Source: Felis catus (lineage: Eukaryota). Taken from it: a DNA stretch of 64,000 nt. The stretch lies in contig NC_058368.1 in NCBI RefSeq assembly GCF_018350175.1, positions 90,460,001 to 90,524,000 on the forward strand, written 5' to 3'. Shown here one piece after another: positions 11,920 through 23,130 of the stretch (positions are counted from its first letter, which is position 1; every line of letters begins with the position of its first letter). The notes under the pieces were generated by a model that did no database searches, was not told where the DNA came from, and worked only from the letters and a program-made list of their open reading frames with translations. A program made the translations under genes and the position numbers.

Positions 11920-12525
11920 TTAAAAAAAAAAAGTGGCGTATCAGTTTAAAAAAATGTGGGGAGGGCAGATCGGGGAAATGCAAATCAAAGCCACGATGAT
12001 CTACCTCTTCACACCCACAAGGATGGCCAGGATCAAAAAGACAAGTACGGCAAAGATGCAGAGAAACTGGCACCCTCACACGCCACTGTGGGAACGTGAA
12101 ACGGTATGGCTGCTCTGGAGAACCGTCTGGCAAGTCCTCACAAGGTTACTCATAACAGCCACCATATGCCCCGGCAATTCCACCCGTACGTACACACTAA
12201 AGAGAACTGAAAACTTATGCCCATAAACACGGAAAACAAACCAAATGTCTATCAACCGATGAATGGATAAATCAAATGGAGCTTTTCCAAACGACAGAAT
12301 ATGATCCAGCCATAAAGCAGAGGCGAACGCTGCCACAGGCCACAACATGGGTGATGACTTTTATTGGGCAGGCAGTTTCTTTTTAGGGGGTGAAAACTGA
12401 CGAAGTCGACTGTGGTGATGGTTGCATACCTGTGTGGATATACTAAAAACCACTGAACTGTACACTTTAAGTGGGTGGATTATATGTCACGCGAACCATA
12501 TCCCAATAAAGCTGTTATCTTAAAA
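11920..12525 (+). mobile_element. L1M (L1MB/MC-like) ORF2 end and 3' UTR fragment
   Basis: GGGAAATGCAAATCAAAGCCACGATGA..., ATCAACCGATGAATGGATAAA, ...CACTGAACTGTACACTTTAA...CAATAAAGCTGTT. Confidence 0.8.
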
Positions 12526-12536
12526 AATGGCAGAAT

Positions 12537-12761
12537 GGGGGGCACCTGGGTGGCGCAGCCGGTTAAGCGTCCGACTTCAGCCAGGTCACGATCTCGCGGT
12601 CCGTGAGTTCGAGCCCCGTGTCAGGCTCTGGGCTGATGGCTCAGAGCCTGGAGCCTGTTTCCGATTCTGTGTCTCCCTCTCTCTCTGCCCCTCCCCGGTT
12701 TATGCTCTGTCTCTCTCTGTCCCAAAAATAAATAAACGTTAAAAAAAGTTAAAAAAAAAAA
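12537..12761 (+). mobile_element. Young felid Can-SINE with TSD AAAAAATGGCAGAATGG; an older SINE follows at 12771-12925
   Basis: GGGGCACCTGGGTGGCGCAGCCGGTTAAGCGTCCGACTTCAGCCAGGTCACGATCTCGCGG..., CT tract, A tail, flanking duplication. Confidence 0.92.
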
Positions 12762-13358
12762 TGGCAGAATGGAACACCTAGGTGGCTCAGTCGGTTGAGC
12801 GTCAGACTTTGGCTGAGGTCATGATCTTCGCATTGGGCTCTGCACTGACAGTACACAGTCAGCTTGGGATTCTCTCTCTGCTACCCCTCTGCTTGCTCAA
12901 AAATAAATAAACTTTAAAAATAAATATTTGTAATAAATACAAATATTATATACACGTGGCAGAACTGAGGCAGTGATGTGGGCTTCAAAGTCATCCTCAA
13001 TCCCCTTCATCTTCTGGGTAGATGGTTTTTCTGTTAGGACTTTGAAGATGTAATTTAAAATCCTGAGAACTCTTGTAACCTTGGTGACCAAGCGGGTGAA
13101 CTGTAGGACTTGGAAAGAGATTGTCGGGCCGGATTCTAGAACTCTAGGACCTCAGGGACATTTTCATTTCCCTCTGTTGTATTCTGGCTTCTGACAAACT
13201 CTGTATTTACAACAAAGCTGGGACTCACAGTGAACTGGCAGACCAGTGAGCTCGGTGCTGTGGCAGTTGTAGACAAGGGACGTGGAAAAATGTCCCTAAC
13301 AAAGTTTTAGCTAGAGATTTGCCTTCACTGATCACCAAGTGACATTAAAGCTACTTCT

Positions 13359-13594
13359 GGGGGTGCCTGGGTGGCGCAGTCGGTTAAGCGTCTGACTTCA
13401 GCCAGGTCACGATCTCGCGGTCCGTGAGTTCGAGCCCCGCGTCAGGCTCTGGGCTGATGGCTCGGAGCCTGGAGCCTGTTTCCGACTCTGTGTTTCCCTC
13501 TCTCTCTGCCCCTCCCCCGTTCATGCTCTGTCTCTCTCTGTCCCAAAAATAAATAAAAAACATTGAAAAAAAAAGTTTAATAAAAAAAAAAAAA
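13359..13594 (+). mobile_element. Young felid Can-SINE, TSD AAAGCTACTTCTG
   Basis: Near-identical to copies at 19719, 40174 and 59251; CpGs retained. Confidence 0.92.
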
Positions 13595-13740
13595 GCTACT
13601 TCTGAAACAGGCCACCATTGTCTGAGAAATGCCACACTCCTAGAAAGGGCTTTAAGATGGCAAACGACATGCAAATGAGCACGCATGCACACATCGGAGC
13701 GGAGCACGCCTGTGTGCACACAGAAACATGCTGAAGCTGA

Positions 13741-13793
<53 letters not shown>
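13741..13793. repeat. (GC)3(AC)23 microsatellite in MAML1 intron 3
   Basis: Read directly. Confidence 0.95.
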
Positions 13794-13795
<2 letters not shown>

Positions 13796-13877
13796 GGAGC
13801 TAGCAGCTGCGGCAGTGACTGGGGAGGCAGGGGAGAGTGGGGGTGCTGGGGGGGTCACCTTCCACCTCCCACTTTAC

Positions 13878-14117
13878 CTGTTCCGCCAGAAGTTGCTGCT
13901 GCCTTTGTAAGAACTGCTGTTGCTGCAGGTGCTTCTGTTGCTGCTCCCTCTGTTTCTGTTGGTCCAAGAGCAACTGGTGCTGCTTCATTACTGCTGCCTG
14001 CTGCTGGCTACTGAGATAGGGGGTGCTGCTGTGAGTGCTGGCCCCGGACGCAGCTGGTGGCTGGCTCCCCACGCTGGCAGCCTGGGCTGGCACAGGGACG
14101 CCGGGCGGGTTCTGCTC
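13878..14117 (-). CDS. MAML1: MAML1 coding exon 3 (Gln-rich)
   Basis: Acceptor GACAG|GAG at 14118/14117; EQNPPGVPVPAQ...QQKQREQQQKHLQQQQFLQRQQQLLAEQ; donor CAG|GTAAAG; 240 nt, phase 0-0. Confidence 0.96.
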
Positions 14118-14994
14118 CTGTCAACACAGGTAAGAGGGCCTCAAGTCAGGGAGACATGGTGAAGTCTGTGAGCCCCCAATCAGGGCAGACGAGCTGTGCC
14201 CGGTGAGGGCCTGGCTCCAGGTTCTCTCTTGAAGCCTCTGCTTCATTCCAGGCCAGGCCAGAGACCAAAAGAGCTAACACCTGGGCATCCAGCCACAGCA
14301 GTGAACAGTCAGCCACTAGCTGCCTGTCAGCTCTGCGGCTCCTACGGTTCACCAGCGGCAAAGGTGTGATTTTACATTTAAGCTCATATTTGCATGCTTT
14401 AGTTCCAGAAGGCAAATGGAGCCTCTAAATGCTCACTTTCTGGAAAGTGTGAGTACAGATGGGTTGCTGGAGGAATGCCCTGAGGGACTATGATTGATGG
14501 AGATGCCATGTTCCAAGTGTACAAACCTTGGGTCCCCAGTGGTGGGATGGTCCCTGAACTGCCTGAAATTGTATCATGTGTCCATTTGTGTATGGCATTT
14601 TCCTGAGAAGAGACTGCTTGGCTTTTGTCAGATGTTCACACTCAAAAAATATTAAGTGTCAATGAAAACTTTAATAAATATTCTCAATTATATGGACCAA
14701 AAGTGAAAGTCATGTCAAAGGCTATATATACAATATTATCCTGTCATGACTTTTAATTTAAAAGGGGAAAATTTAACTCAAAATGGGAAAAAGGTAAAAG
14801 GCAAAGATCATTTAAGCAAGTTCAACTTTTTGAGCTCCTTTCTAGTCCTTGTATGTCTATACATTTAATCTTTACAAGAATCTAACCTTAGAGCAGACAG
14901 CTCCTGAGGTAATATCCTCACCCCACGCACCAGAAGGTTATGGGCCAGAAGGTTTGTGAGGCCCTAAGTGCTACTGAAGTGGCAGTTACCACCA

Positions 14995-15187
14995 TTTTTT
15001 TTTTTTTAGTTTATTTATTTTGAGAGAGAAAGAGAGAGAGAGGCAGAGACAGAAAGAAAGAATCCCAAGCAGGCTCTACATTGTCTGCATGGAGCCCAAT
15101 GTGGGACTCAATGTCACAAACCGTGCATGACCTGAGCCGAGATCAAGAGTTGGACACTTAAACCGACTGAGTCACACAGGCGCCCCT
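14995..15187 (-). mobile_element. Can-SINE (MAML1 intron 2)
   Basis: T-run, GA tract, reverse head. Confidence 0.85.
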
Positions 15188-15445
15188 GATTTTTTTTAAC
15201 GATGCTTTTAGTGGCTATGTAGCAGTTTACTGGCTGAAATAAGTGTAAGTATCAACATTTACACATGTACTCTCCTGCTGACAGTTGAGAAATGCTTAAA
15301 CAGCTTCTCAGTTTTTGGCTATAAGAAATAATGATGCAATGAGTATCTTCTATATAACTTTCCTATTTTTTTTTAAGGGATGATTTCTTGCAGAGGTATC
15401 ATGTGTTAATGCTTATTAATACTTTTATGGCTAATGAAAAATACT

Positions 15446-15790
15446 GGGACATGTGGGTGTCTCAGTTAAGCATCCAACATTTTTTTTGTTTGTTTTTGAA
15501 AGAGAGACAACAAGAGCAAGCGGGGGAGGCACAGAGAGAAGAGAGGGGGAACAGAGGATCTGAAGCAGGCTCTATGCTGTCAGCAGAGTCCGATGTGGGG
15601 CTTGAACCCCTGAACCGTGAGATCATGACCTGAGCCAAAGTCGGGACGCTCAACCAACTGAGCCACCCAGGTACCAGATGCATCTGACTCTTGATCTCAG
15701 CTCAGGTTGTGATCTCAGGGTCAAGAGATCAAGCCCTGCGTTGAGCTCAGTGCTGGGCATGAAGCCTACTTATAAGGGAAAACAAAAATC
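15446..15790. mobile_element. Nested SINEs: minus-strand Can-SINE (15479-15675) inside an older plus-strand Can-SINE
   Basis: Host head breaks at ...TTAAGCATC and resumes GCATCTGACTCTTGATCTCAGCTCAGG. Confidence 0.8.
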
Positions 15791-16423
15791 ATATATATAT
15801 ATATATATATATATGAATATGACACCAAATTACTTCCCACAAGCATTGTGCCCATTTACATACCCTCACCAGTACAGGAGCATCAATTTCCTCATTATTA
15901 CCAGCACTGGATTTTTTAATTTTTAAAATTTTACAAATACACAAAGGTACCCACAAGGGTATTCACTGCAGCCTTGCCTATAACCAGGAGACGATGAAGT
16001 ACACCAAAACAAAGGGCACGTGCCATGGGCCACAATTGTTGTCACACAAGTGTTAACAAGTATCAAGGAATCTACACATGTAGACGAGGAAGACAGTCTG
16101 GGACATACTGTGGAGTGAGGAAAGCAACTGTGCTCTACTCTATCTTGGAGGAAGTCAAGAAATGACCCCTAGCCAGGGGAAAGTTGCCAGGGAAGAGACA
16201 TTTTAGAACATACTTGAACAGGAGTAGAAATGCAAATAACGACCATGATAAAACTGGTACTTGATCATTTTCCACCCTACAGAGCTATGTGACTCTGCTA
16301 GGCTTGAGCGTCACGACTAAATAGATGCAGTTTAGATGTGCTGGGGAACAGCTCTCTCACCTTACTAAATCTTAAGGTACTTTGAACACAGAAATCTGAA
16401 AAGTGGTTTAAAAAAAAACAACA

Positions 16424-16626
16424 GGGGAGCCTGGGTGGCTCAGTCAGCTGAGTGTCAGACTCTTGAGATCAGTTCAGGTCATGACTCACAGTTGTGGGAT
16501 TGAGCCCCACATCTCTGAGCCATCAGCACAGAGCCTGCATGGGATTCTCTCTCTCCCTGTCTCTCTCTCTGCCCCTCCCCTGCTCACTCACTCTCAAATA
16601 AACAAACTAAAAAAAAAAAAAAAAAA
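16424..16626 (+). mobile_element. Can-SINE (MAML1 intron 2)
   Basis: Head, CT tract, A tail. Confidence 0.88.
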
Positions 16627-16953
16627 GGCAAAGCCTCTAAGGAGCACATTAAATGTGATTGTGATCTTTATCTGCAAAATACAGCCATAAATGACTTACT
16701 TTAAGTTGTGTGGCATGCAAGAGACACTAGACAAAGTACAGTGTCAAATGTATGGAAATTTGAAACCAAGTTATACTAAGGAATTTTACCCGATTTTCAT
16801 TTATTCAGAATCAACCCTGGTTTGCCTGACTTCCACTCTCCAGAGACCCGAAGGATGACCGTGGCTGCTCCCTCCCACCCTCTTTGTCCCAACCACCGGA
16901 GACCTAGTGACCACAGGGATGCAGAGTGACAGTGAGGGAAGCCACGTGCTCAC

Positions 16954-18366
16954 CTGGCTAGGGGGAACCAGTGATCGGAAGGGCATATTTCCTGGCTTTG
17001 GTTTCATCAGAAACAAGGAATTCTGCTCGTTGCTCAGATGAGGCAGCTGCTGGGGAAGATAAGCCATGAGGGCTGTCTTGCTCTGGCTGGACGCAGGGCC
17101 ACCTTGCCCACAGTCTGCTTTGTAATGGGAAAGGGGTTTGGTGTTGCCATAGTCCAGCACCGACCCTTGGTTAGTCACGGCATTCTGATTCAAGTTACTT
17201 GGCGGCTGGTGACTCAGCAGGTTCACATGGCTGGGCTGGAGGTAGGGGCCTCCGGGCCGAGGGGAGCTCTTGTTCACACTGGGCATCATGAGCAGTTTGG
17301 AGTTGGTGAAGTCTTGCTTGTAGCCAGGAGGGCTGGCGGGCTTCTCCATGGGATAAGGGACGTTTAAGGGGCTGTGGGAGGGGCCTGTCTGCTGCCACGT
17401 GGACATCTGCCCTGGGGCTGGTGCAGGGGTGGCCTGCTGCGGGTTCTGGAGCATCTGCTCCCGCTTCTGCTTTGCAGCGATCTGCTGGAGCTGGTGAGCA
17501 GAGGATAGCTCTGAGGCCCCTCCCGGGCCCTGGCTGGGCAACACCACACTGGAGAGGGCTCTTTGTGCATTCTGGGCCTGGGCTGATGCCGGCATCAGGT
17601 TGGGACTGGGATTGTCTGCCCCGGGCTGACCAGAGGTGTGGAATAGAGGCTGAGCGCCCCCGAGGCTGGGTGAATCTGTGCTCACAGGGCCAGCTGAAGG
17701 CCCCATAAAGGTCTGTCCTGCAGACCCTGCCCTCACTTGTGGAGAGCCTAACTGTTCTTGTTCAAAGGCTGCTGGGGAGAATTCTGTCTTAATATTAATG
17801 TCCTGTGCCAAAGGGGTCTGCGTGGCGGAACCAGAACACTCTGGGTCCTTCTTTTCTTCAAAGTCCTCATTAAACAGATCCTTCATGTCTTCATCGGGCA
17901 CTGACCTGTTCAGCTCCTCGATGAGCTCCTTCCACTCTTGCTCGTTAAGGTTGAGGTCAGGCATGAGGTTGCTTTGAGATATGGAGCCTCCGGCCCCCGC
18001 GATCATGCAAGGCAGGTCATCAACGGGCTCCTGCTTCAGTTCTTTATTCAGGCTCAGAGGAAACGGCTCACCAGGGTTGCTGCCTCCATTCAAGTGGAGG
18101 CTGGAGTCTGCCAGACACTTCTTACTGATGGAGTCAAGCCCCAGTGAGTGCTTCCCACTGGCCTGCAGGGCCTCTGTGCCAGGCTTGTCAGGCTGCCCCA
18201 GGGGAGAGGCTGGAGGCAAGCCATTGGAAGCGACAGCTACTCCCAGAGGGGCCTCTCGGCGGGTCTTCTTGTGTCCAGGAAAGAGGTCTCCGTAGCCATT
18301 CTGTTGCTCGCCATTCTGAGGGGGGGTGGTGCTATCAAGATTTCTCTTCACTGTGTCATGAAGATG
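16954..18366 (-). CDS. MAML1: MAML1 coding exon 2 (471 codons): NLS (HKKTRR), acidic domain, Q/P/S-rich region
   Basis: Acceptor TTTTGCAG|CAT at 18367/18366; HLHDTVKRNLDS...LNEQEWKELIEELNRSVPDEDMKDLF...LVPPSQ; donor CAG|GTGAGC at 16954/16953; 1413 nt, phase 0-0. Confidence 0.97.
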
Positions 18367-19718
18367 CTGCAAAACATGGACAAGAGTGACTCAATACACA
18401 ATGCCATGGGTGAGGGCCCCCCCACCTCCGCCGCCACTTTGAATGGTGACTTAAATCTGGGGCCCAGGTCCCTGTAGTGTGCTCCTGTTGATTCTCTCAT
18501 CCAATTTACACCCCCCGCTCCTGGGAACACAGCCCCGCTTCCCCTCTGGGTCTGCCTCTCTCCTCCTCCTAGGTCCCATGGCTTTGCCTGAGTCAGGACG
18601 ACTGGCTCAGCTCCAGGAAAACAGCCTAGCTTCAGTCAGTACATCAGTCCCTGGACTTCTGCAGCCCTCTCTTTTTGAAGGATACAAGCCTGATGCTGCC
18701 CACAGCCACCTAGTCTGAGGGTGTACCCAAGACTGGAGTCAATGAGAAAGAACAGAAGATACCTGTATGTGCTTGAGGGCATCACACCTAAGTTCTAGAT
18801 CTAGTTGCATGTGAGACCACCCATGCCCATGGACTTTTCACTTAGAGGAACCAATAAAACTCCTATTGCTTTAAGCTGAAGGAGCCATGGCTGCTTTACA
18901 GGCTTTCTCAGGCCTTGGTGGGGGGTGTTGCACGGGCCACTTTTCACGCCCCACCCTGCCTTTCAAGGAGCCGCTGCCTGCCTCTACCCCTTCTCCCCAT
19001 GCAGGGCTGCTCCCTTACATCCCCACTCACCTCCCTGCCAACCCTAAGCATCTTCCAATCCCCCATGCCCCGTCACCAGCTCCCACAAAGCCCACCACTT
19101 CTTACCAAGACTATTCCTTTGAACACAGCCAGTCTGTCTTGCACTGTTATTCTTGCCTCCCCCACCCCTGATACCATTCCCCTCAACTAAATTTATTCAG
19201 TAAATCCTATTAATGGTCTACCTTGTGCCAGGGACAAATGTTGTGTGGATATCAAGACAAACGAGGTGGTTACCATGGTCTTCGTGGGCTTCCAGTCTTC
19301 TAGAACATGGGACATACGTATAAAGACATGGCTACGGAATAAGACAAATGTCCCATACAAGCAACAGGGCAAAAAGCACCCTGAGATGAGAGTTCAGGAG
19401 TAGGAGTTTCATGAAGAGAACATAATAATGTGAGTGGGGAGAAAGAACATGGTATCTTTCTGCTATTTCCCCAGCCTTGTTTTCAACTGTTAGGACAGGA
19501 CTCTGACTCTTCTGTTACCAGAGGTGCCTACTACACCAAGCCTCTAAACACAGTGCTGCTCCTTTCCTATGTTTACTTCTGTTATGTTTTTGTCCTTCAC
19601 CATCTGCCAGCCCCTATTCCATCCCTCCTTCCCTCCCACTGACCCTAAGCACCTACACTGTGCTATTTGCAAAGTTCCAAATAATAGCTTTCGTTATTAT
19701 CTTTAAATAGGTTTCAGA

Positions 19719-19931
19719 GGGGCGCCTGGGTGGCGCAGTCGGTTAAGCGTCCGACTTCAGCCAGGTCACGATCTCGCGGTCCGTGAGTTCGAGCCCCGCG
19801 TCAGGCTCTGGGCTGATGGCTCGGAGCCTGGAGCCTGTTTCCGATTCTGTGTCTCCCTCTCTCTCTGCCCCTCCCCCGTTCATGCTCTGTCTCTCTCTGT
19901 CCCAAAAATAAATAAACGTTGAAAAAAAAAA
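19719..19931 (+). mobile_element. Young felid Can-SINE, TSD AAATAGGTTTCAGAGG
   Basis: Intact head, CT tract, A tail, perfect 16-bp duplication (19705-19720 / 19929-19944). Confidence 0.93.
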
Positions 19932-20298
19932 TAGGTTTCAGAGGATCCATGCCATGCAGCGCTCTGTGCTGTTGTCCTCTGGCTACAGAGAAGGGCTGCA
20001 CTGACCCACCACAGCAGGCCTTGGAGCCTGAGTGCGTGAGCGCTCTGACCAGAGGGTCCTGCCCAAGGCAACTCCCTGGGCACCACCAGCTCACAGCAGC
20101 AAACTACATCCTAGATACAAATGCACAGTGAGCAAGAAAACAGGGAGAGTTACTTTCTCAATCCAGAGCCCCAATTCCAATGCTCCCATTCCTTTTGAAT
20201 CCCCACTGCCAAGACTTTCCTGTTTCTTTACTGTTAAAGCTGACTGCACAGTGCTCTATATATCCTGGCTGAGTCCATATTTCTCTAAATCCGTATCT

Positions 20299-20517
20299 GG
20301 GGGCGCCCGGGTGGTTCAGTCAGTTAAGCATCCAACTCTGGCTCAGGTCATGATCTCATGTTTCTTTGGGTTCGAGCTCCACATCGGGCTCTGTGCTGAC
20401 AGCTCAGAGTCTGGAGCCTGCTTCAGATTCTGTGTCTCCCTCTCTCTGTTCCTCCCCTGCTTGCACTTTCTCTGTCTCTCTCTCTCTCTCTCTCAAAAGT
20501 AAATAAATTAAAAAAAA
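20299..20517 (+). mobile_element. Can-SINE, TSD TAAATCCRTATCTGGG
   Basis: Head, CT tract, tail, flanking duplication. Confidence 0.88.
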
Positions 20518-22311
20518 GATTAATAAATCCATATCTGGGTACACAAGTTAGCTCAGAAAAACTAAGAAATAATAAATAAATGGAACTGTAGGGCAGAGGT
20601 GTAAGTAAAACGTGATCTTAGGACCCGACAACAGGACGTCTGCTTTACTTTCATGCCAGTTCTTCTGCTTCCTACTGCCACCTAGGGGTGGAAGGGGGGA
20701 AGGGGACCAGGCTCTTACAATGGACCCTTTCTCTCTCTATAAGATCTGAAAAGTTTATAAGATCTGAAAAGTTTCCTTTGGGGAAGGTAAATTCATAACC
20801 ATTTAATCAGTCACAAGGAAATCAAAATGAGTTGTTGACTTTTTTTGCATTTTTATTCTATTATTTTCTTTTTGGAAAATCATTTGTTCCTCAGCATCAG
20901 CTTTGTGCTGTCTGTAAACCTGGGAGCTCAGTTTTCCATTTTCTAAAGGGGAAGATGGAAACCTAAGAGGTCAGGGCACTTGATGAGTCAGCTGGTTGTC
21001 CCAGATTAGAAACAGAATCCTTCTTTGCCCTAACAATTATAAAAACTACCACTCCCTCTTTCAATATCCACATGCAAACAGCTGCAGTCAAGTTCCAAAG
21101 TAACAACTCAATTTTGCAATGCCATTACTTTTAGCCAAAGGAAACACCGGGCCATTTTCTCAACTGCTCACAAAATGTAACTGGAATGATGTAGGCGGGG
21201 TGGAGAGTGTGGAATGTGGTGGCCCTGGCAGATTTTTAAGCCTTGAACGTTTGCAGGAGTGCTTGATATGTGCAGGACACTGTAGAGGAAGATGAAGATG
21301 AAAAAAACATGGAGACTAATCTCCAGGAATTTACAACAAAGATGGGAAAACAGCCTGAACAGATTATAAATTACATAAGAACAAACACAAAGCTATAAAG
21401 CACACAACCGGCTGCCATGTATGAACACACACGCTTGCTCTCAGCATGTCTGGTACTTCTGAGTGCTAAGCTCAGAGGTACCTGTCATAACTACCAAATG
21501 GTCTTAGGTACACAGGGTTCCAGGAGGATCTAGTCCTGGGATAACTCCATCTGGTGTTCTTTCTTCTGCAAGGGGGTTTTGTTAAAGGACACCACACGCC
21601 TGATGGTAAGCTGGAGGCCGTGCATGCTCACCCAGTCCTTCTCCCACAAAGCGCCTTGCAGGCCTGGCTCCCACCTCAGCCTCTACCACCCACCATCTTC
21701 TGCTCCAGGAGAGTGGCCCCGGATAGCAACGCTGCTCTGAGTCAAGCTGGAGTACCCGTACCCTGTGGACACCAAATCAGTATCCTATCATCTCCCTTCA
21801 CCCTATCTGGAGGCGCCAGACTTACAGCACAGTCCCTCGCCTGGTCTCAAGAGACTTCCACCATCTGCCACTGAAATTCCGGATGCCCTTTTTGGTCAAA
21901 CTAACCAAACACCTATAATCTTCCACGGAACTAACAAACAGATGTGGGGTGGCTCTTTCATCCACATTCCTTACACACAGGCAGCCACCAGTGCTTTCTG
22001 ACCCTTCTCACTGGGCATTTGCTCTTCCTCCACCTCTCTCCTGGGTCATCCTTCTATCAGCCAACCACCACCCACCCCCACCAGAGAGTCAGGACCCTGA
22101 CCCGCTGCAACATGGCTTCCACCATCTGGGGAGTTGACTGGATATTGAATGGGGGTTGTGGGTTAGAAGGGAGAATTTAGGGCTGCTTTCCCGGAGGCGA
22201 GCAATCATGTTGATGTCACCCAGTCCTGTCAAACACAGTCTACATTTTCAGTGTTTTCCTCCATCATCTGCCTGTTAATAATTCCCTGCATCTTTAAAGT
22301 TCTCCTTTCTT

Positions 22312-22517
22312 GGTCCGCCTGGGTGGCTCAGTTGGTTAAGCGTGTGACTCCATTTCGGCTCAGTTATGATCTCATGGTTTATGGGCTCGACCCCATCGTC
22401 GGGCTCTATGCTGACAGCACAAGGCCCGCTTGGGATTCTCTCTCTCCCCCTCTCTCTGCCCCTCCCCTGCTCACACACTCTCTCTCTCTCAAAATAAATA
22501 AACATAAAAAAAAAAAA
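22312..22517 (+). mobile_element. Can-SINE, TSD AAAGTTCTC
   Basis: Head, CT tract, A tail. Confidence 0.86.
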
Positions 22518-22519
22518 GT

Positions 22520-23130
22520 TCTCTTTCCTTGTATTTCTTTACCACATTATCTTGCTTTCTCTTCTACTTTTCTGGTTGTTTCTTCTAGTCTTTTTTGAGG
22601 TAGGTCTCCCCTTTAAACGAGTATGGGTTCTCTCTCTTCTTTTCACTCTGCACACACTGAGTGATCTTATTCACTCCCATATCTTCAAATCCCTATGGCT
22701 GAACATCACACTCAGAATAAACCCAACTGCCAGGGATCAAGTGCTGATCTATCAGCGTTTGCCCCCATCCAACCTCCTTTCACGTGTTCCACCCTTATCC
22801 CCATTGTACAGCACGCCTGAGTCACACCAGCCTTCTTCTAGTTCCTCAAAGGTGCCCCCTCCTTCCTGCCTCAGGGCCTTTGCACTTGTTCTTCTCTCTT
22901 CCTAAAACACTTCTTCTCCCTGATCTCCCTAGGGGTGGCTTAGCTCATAATTTGGGTCCCCTTATCTCCTCAAAGTCATTCTCCCAATCATTCTCCATCC
23001 TAACTCCTTGTTAATTCCCCCACTGGAGGCACTCACATGAATGCACCTAGCTTCCCCTATTAGAATGAAAAGCAGAGACCCAGTACCTAGAACAGTGCCT
23101 GGCACTCAATAAATATTTGTGAATGAATGT
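22520..23130 (-). mobile_element. L2 fragments; further L2/MIR remnants occur through 26900-32200, ~36090-36260 and 43500-44730
   Basis: CCTCAGGGCCTTTGCACTTG...CCTAGAACAGTGCCTGGCACTCAATAAATATTTGTGAATGAATG. Confidence 0.6.

Noticed and set aside
16801..16953. ORF continuation past the MAML1 exon 2 donor (VSTWLPSL...)
   Set aside because: Intron read-through after a good GTGAGC donor; no evidence for a terminal exon
19719..19800. tRNA-like A/B-box sequences at SINE heads
   Set aside because: tRNA-derived SINE heads followed by a CT tract and A tail, not tRNA genes
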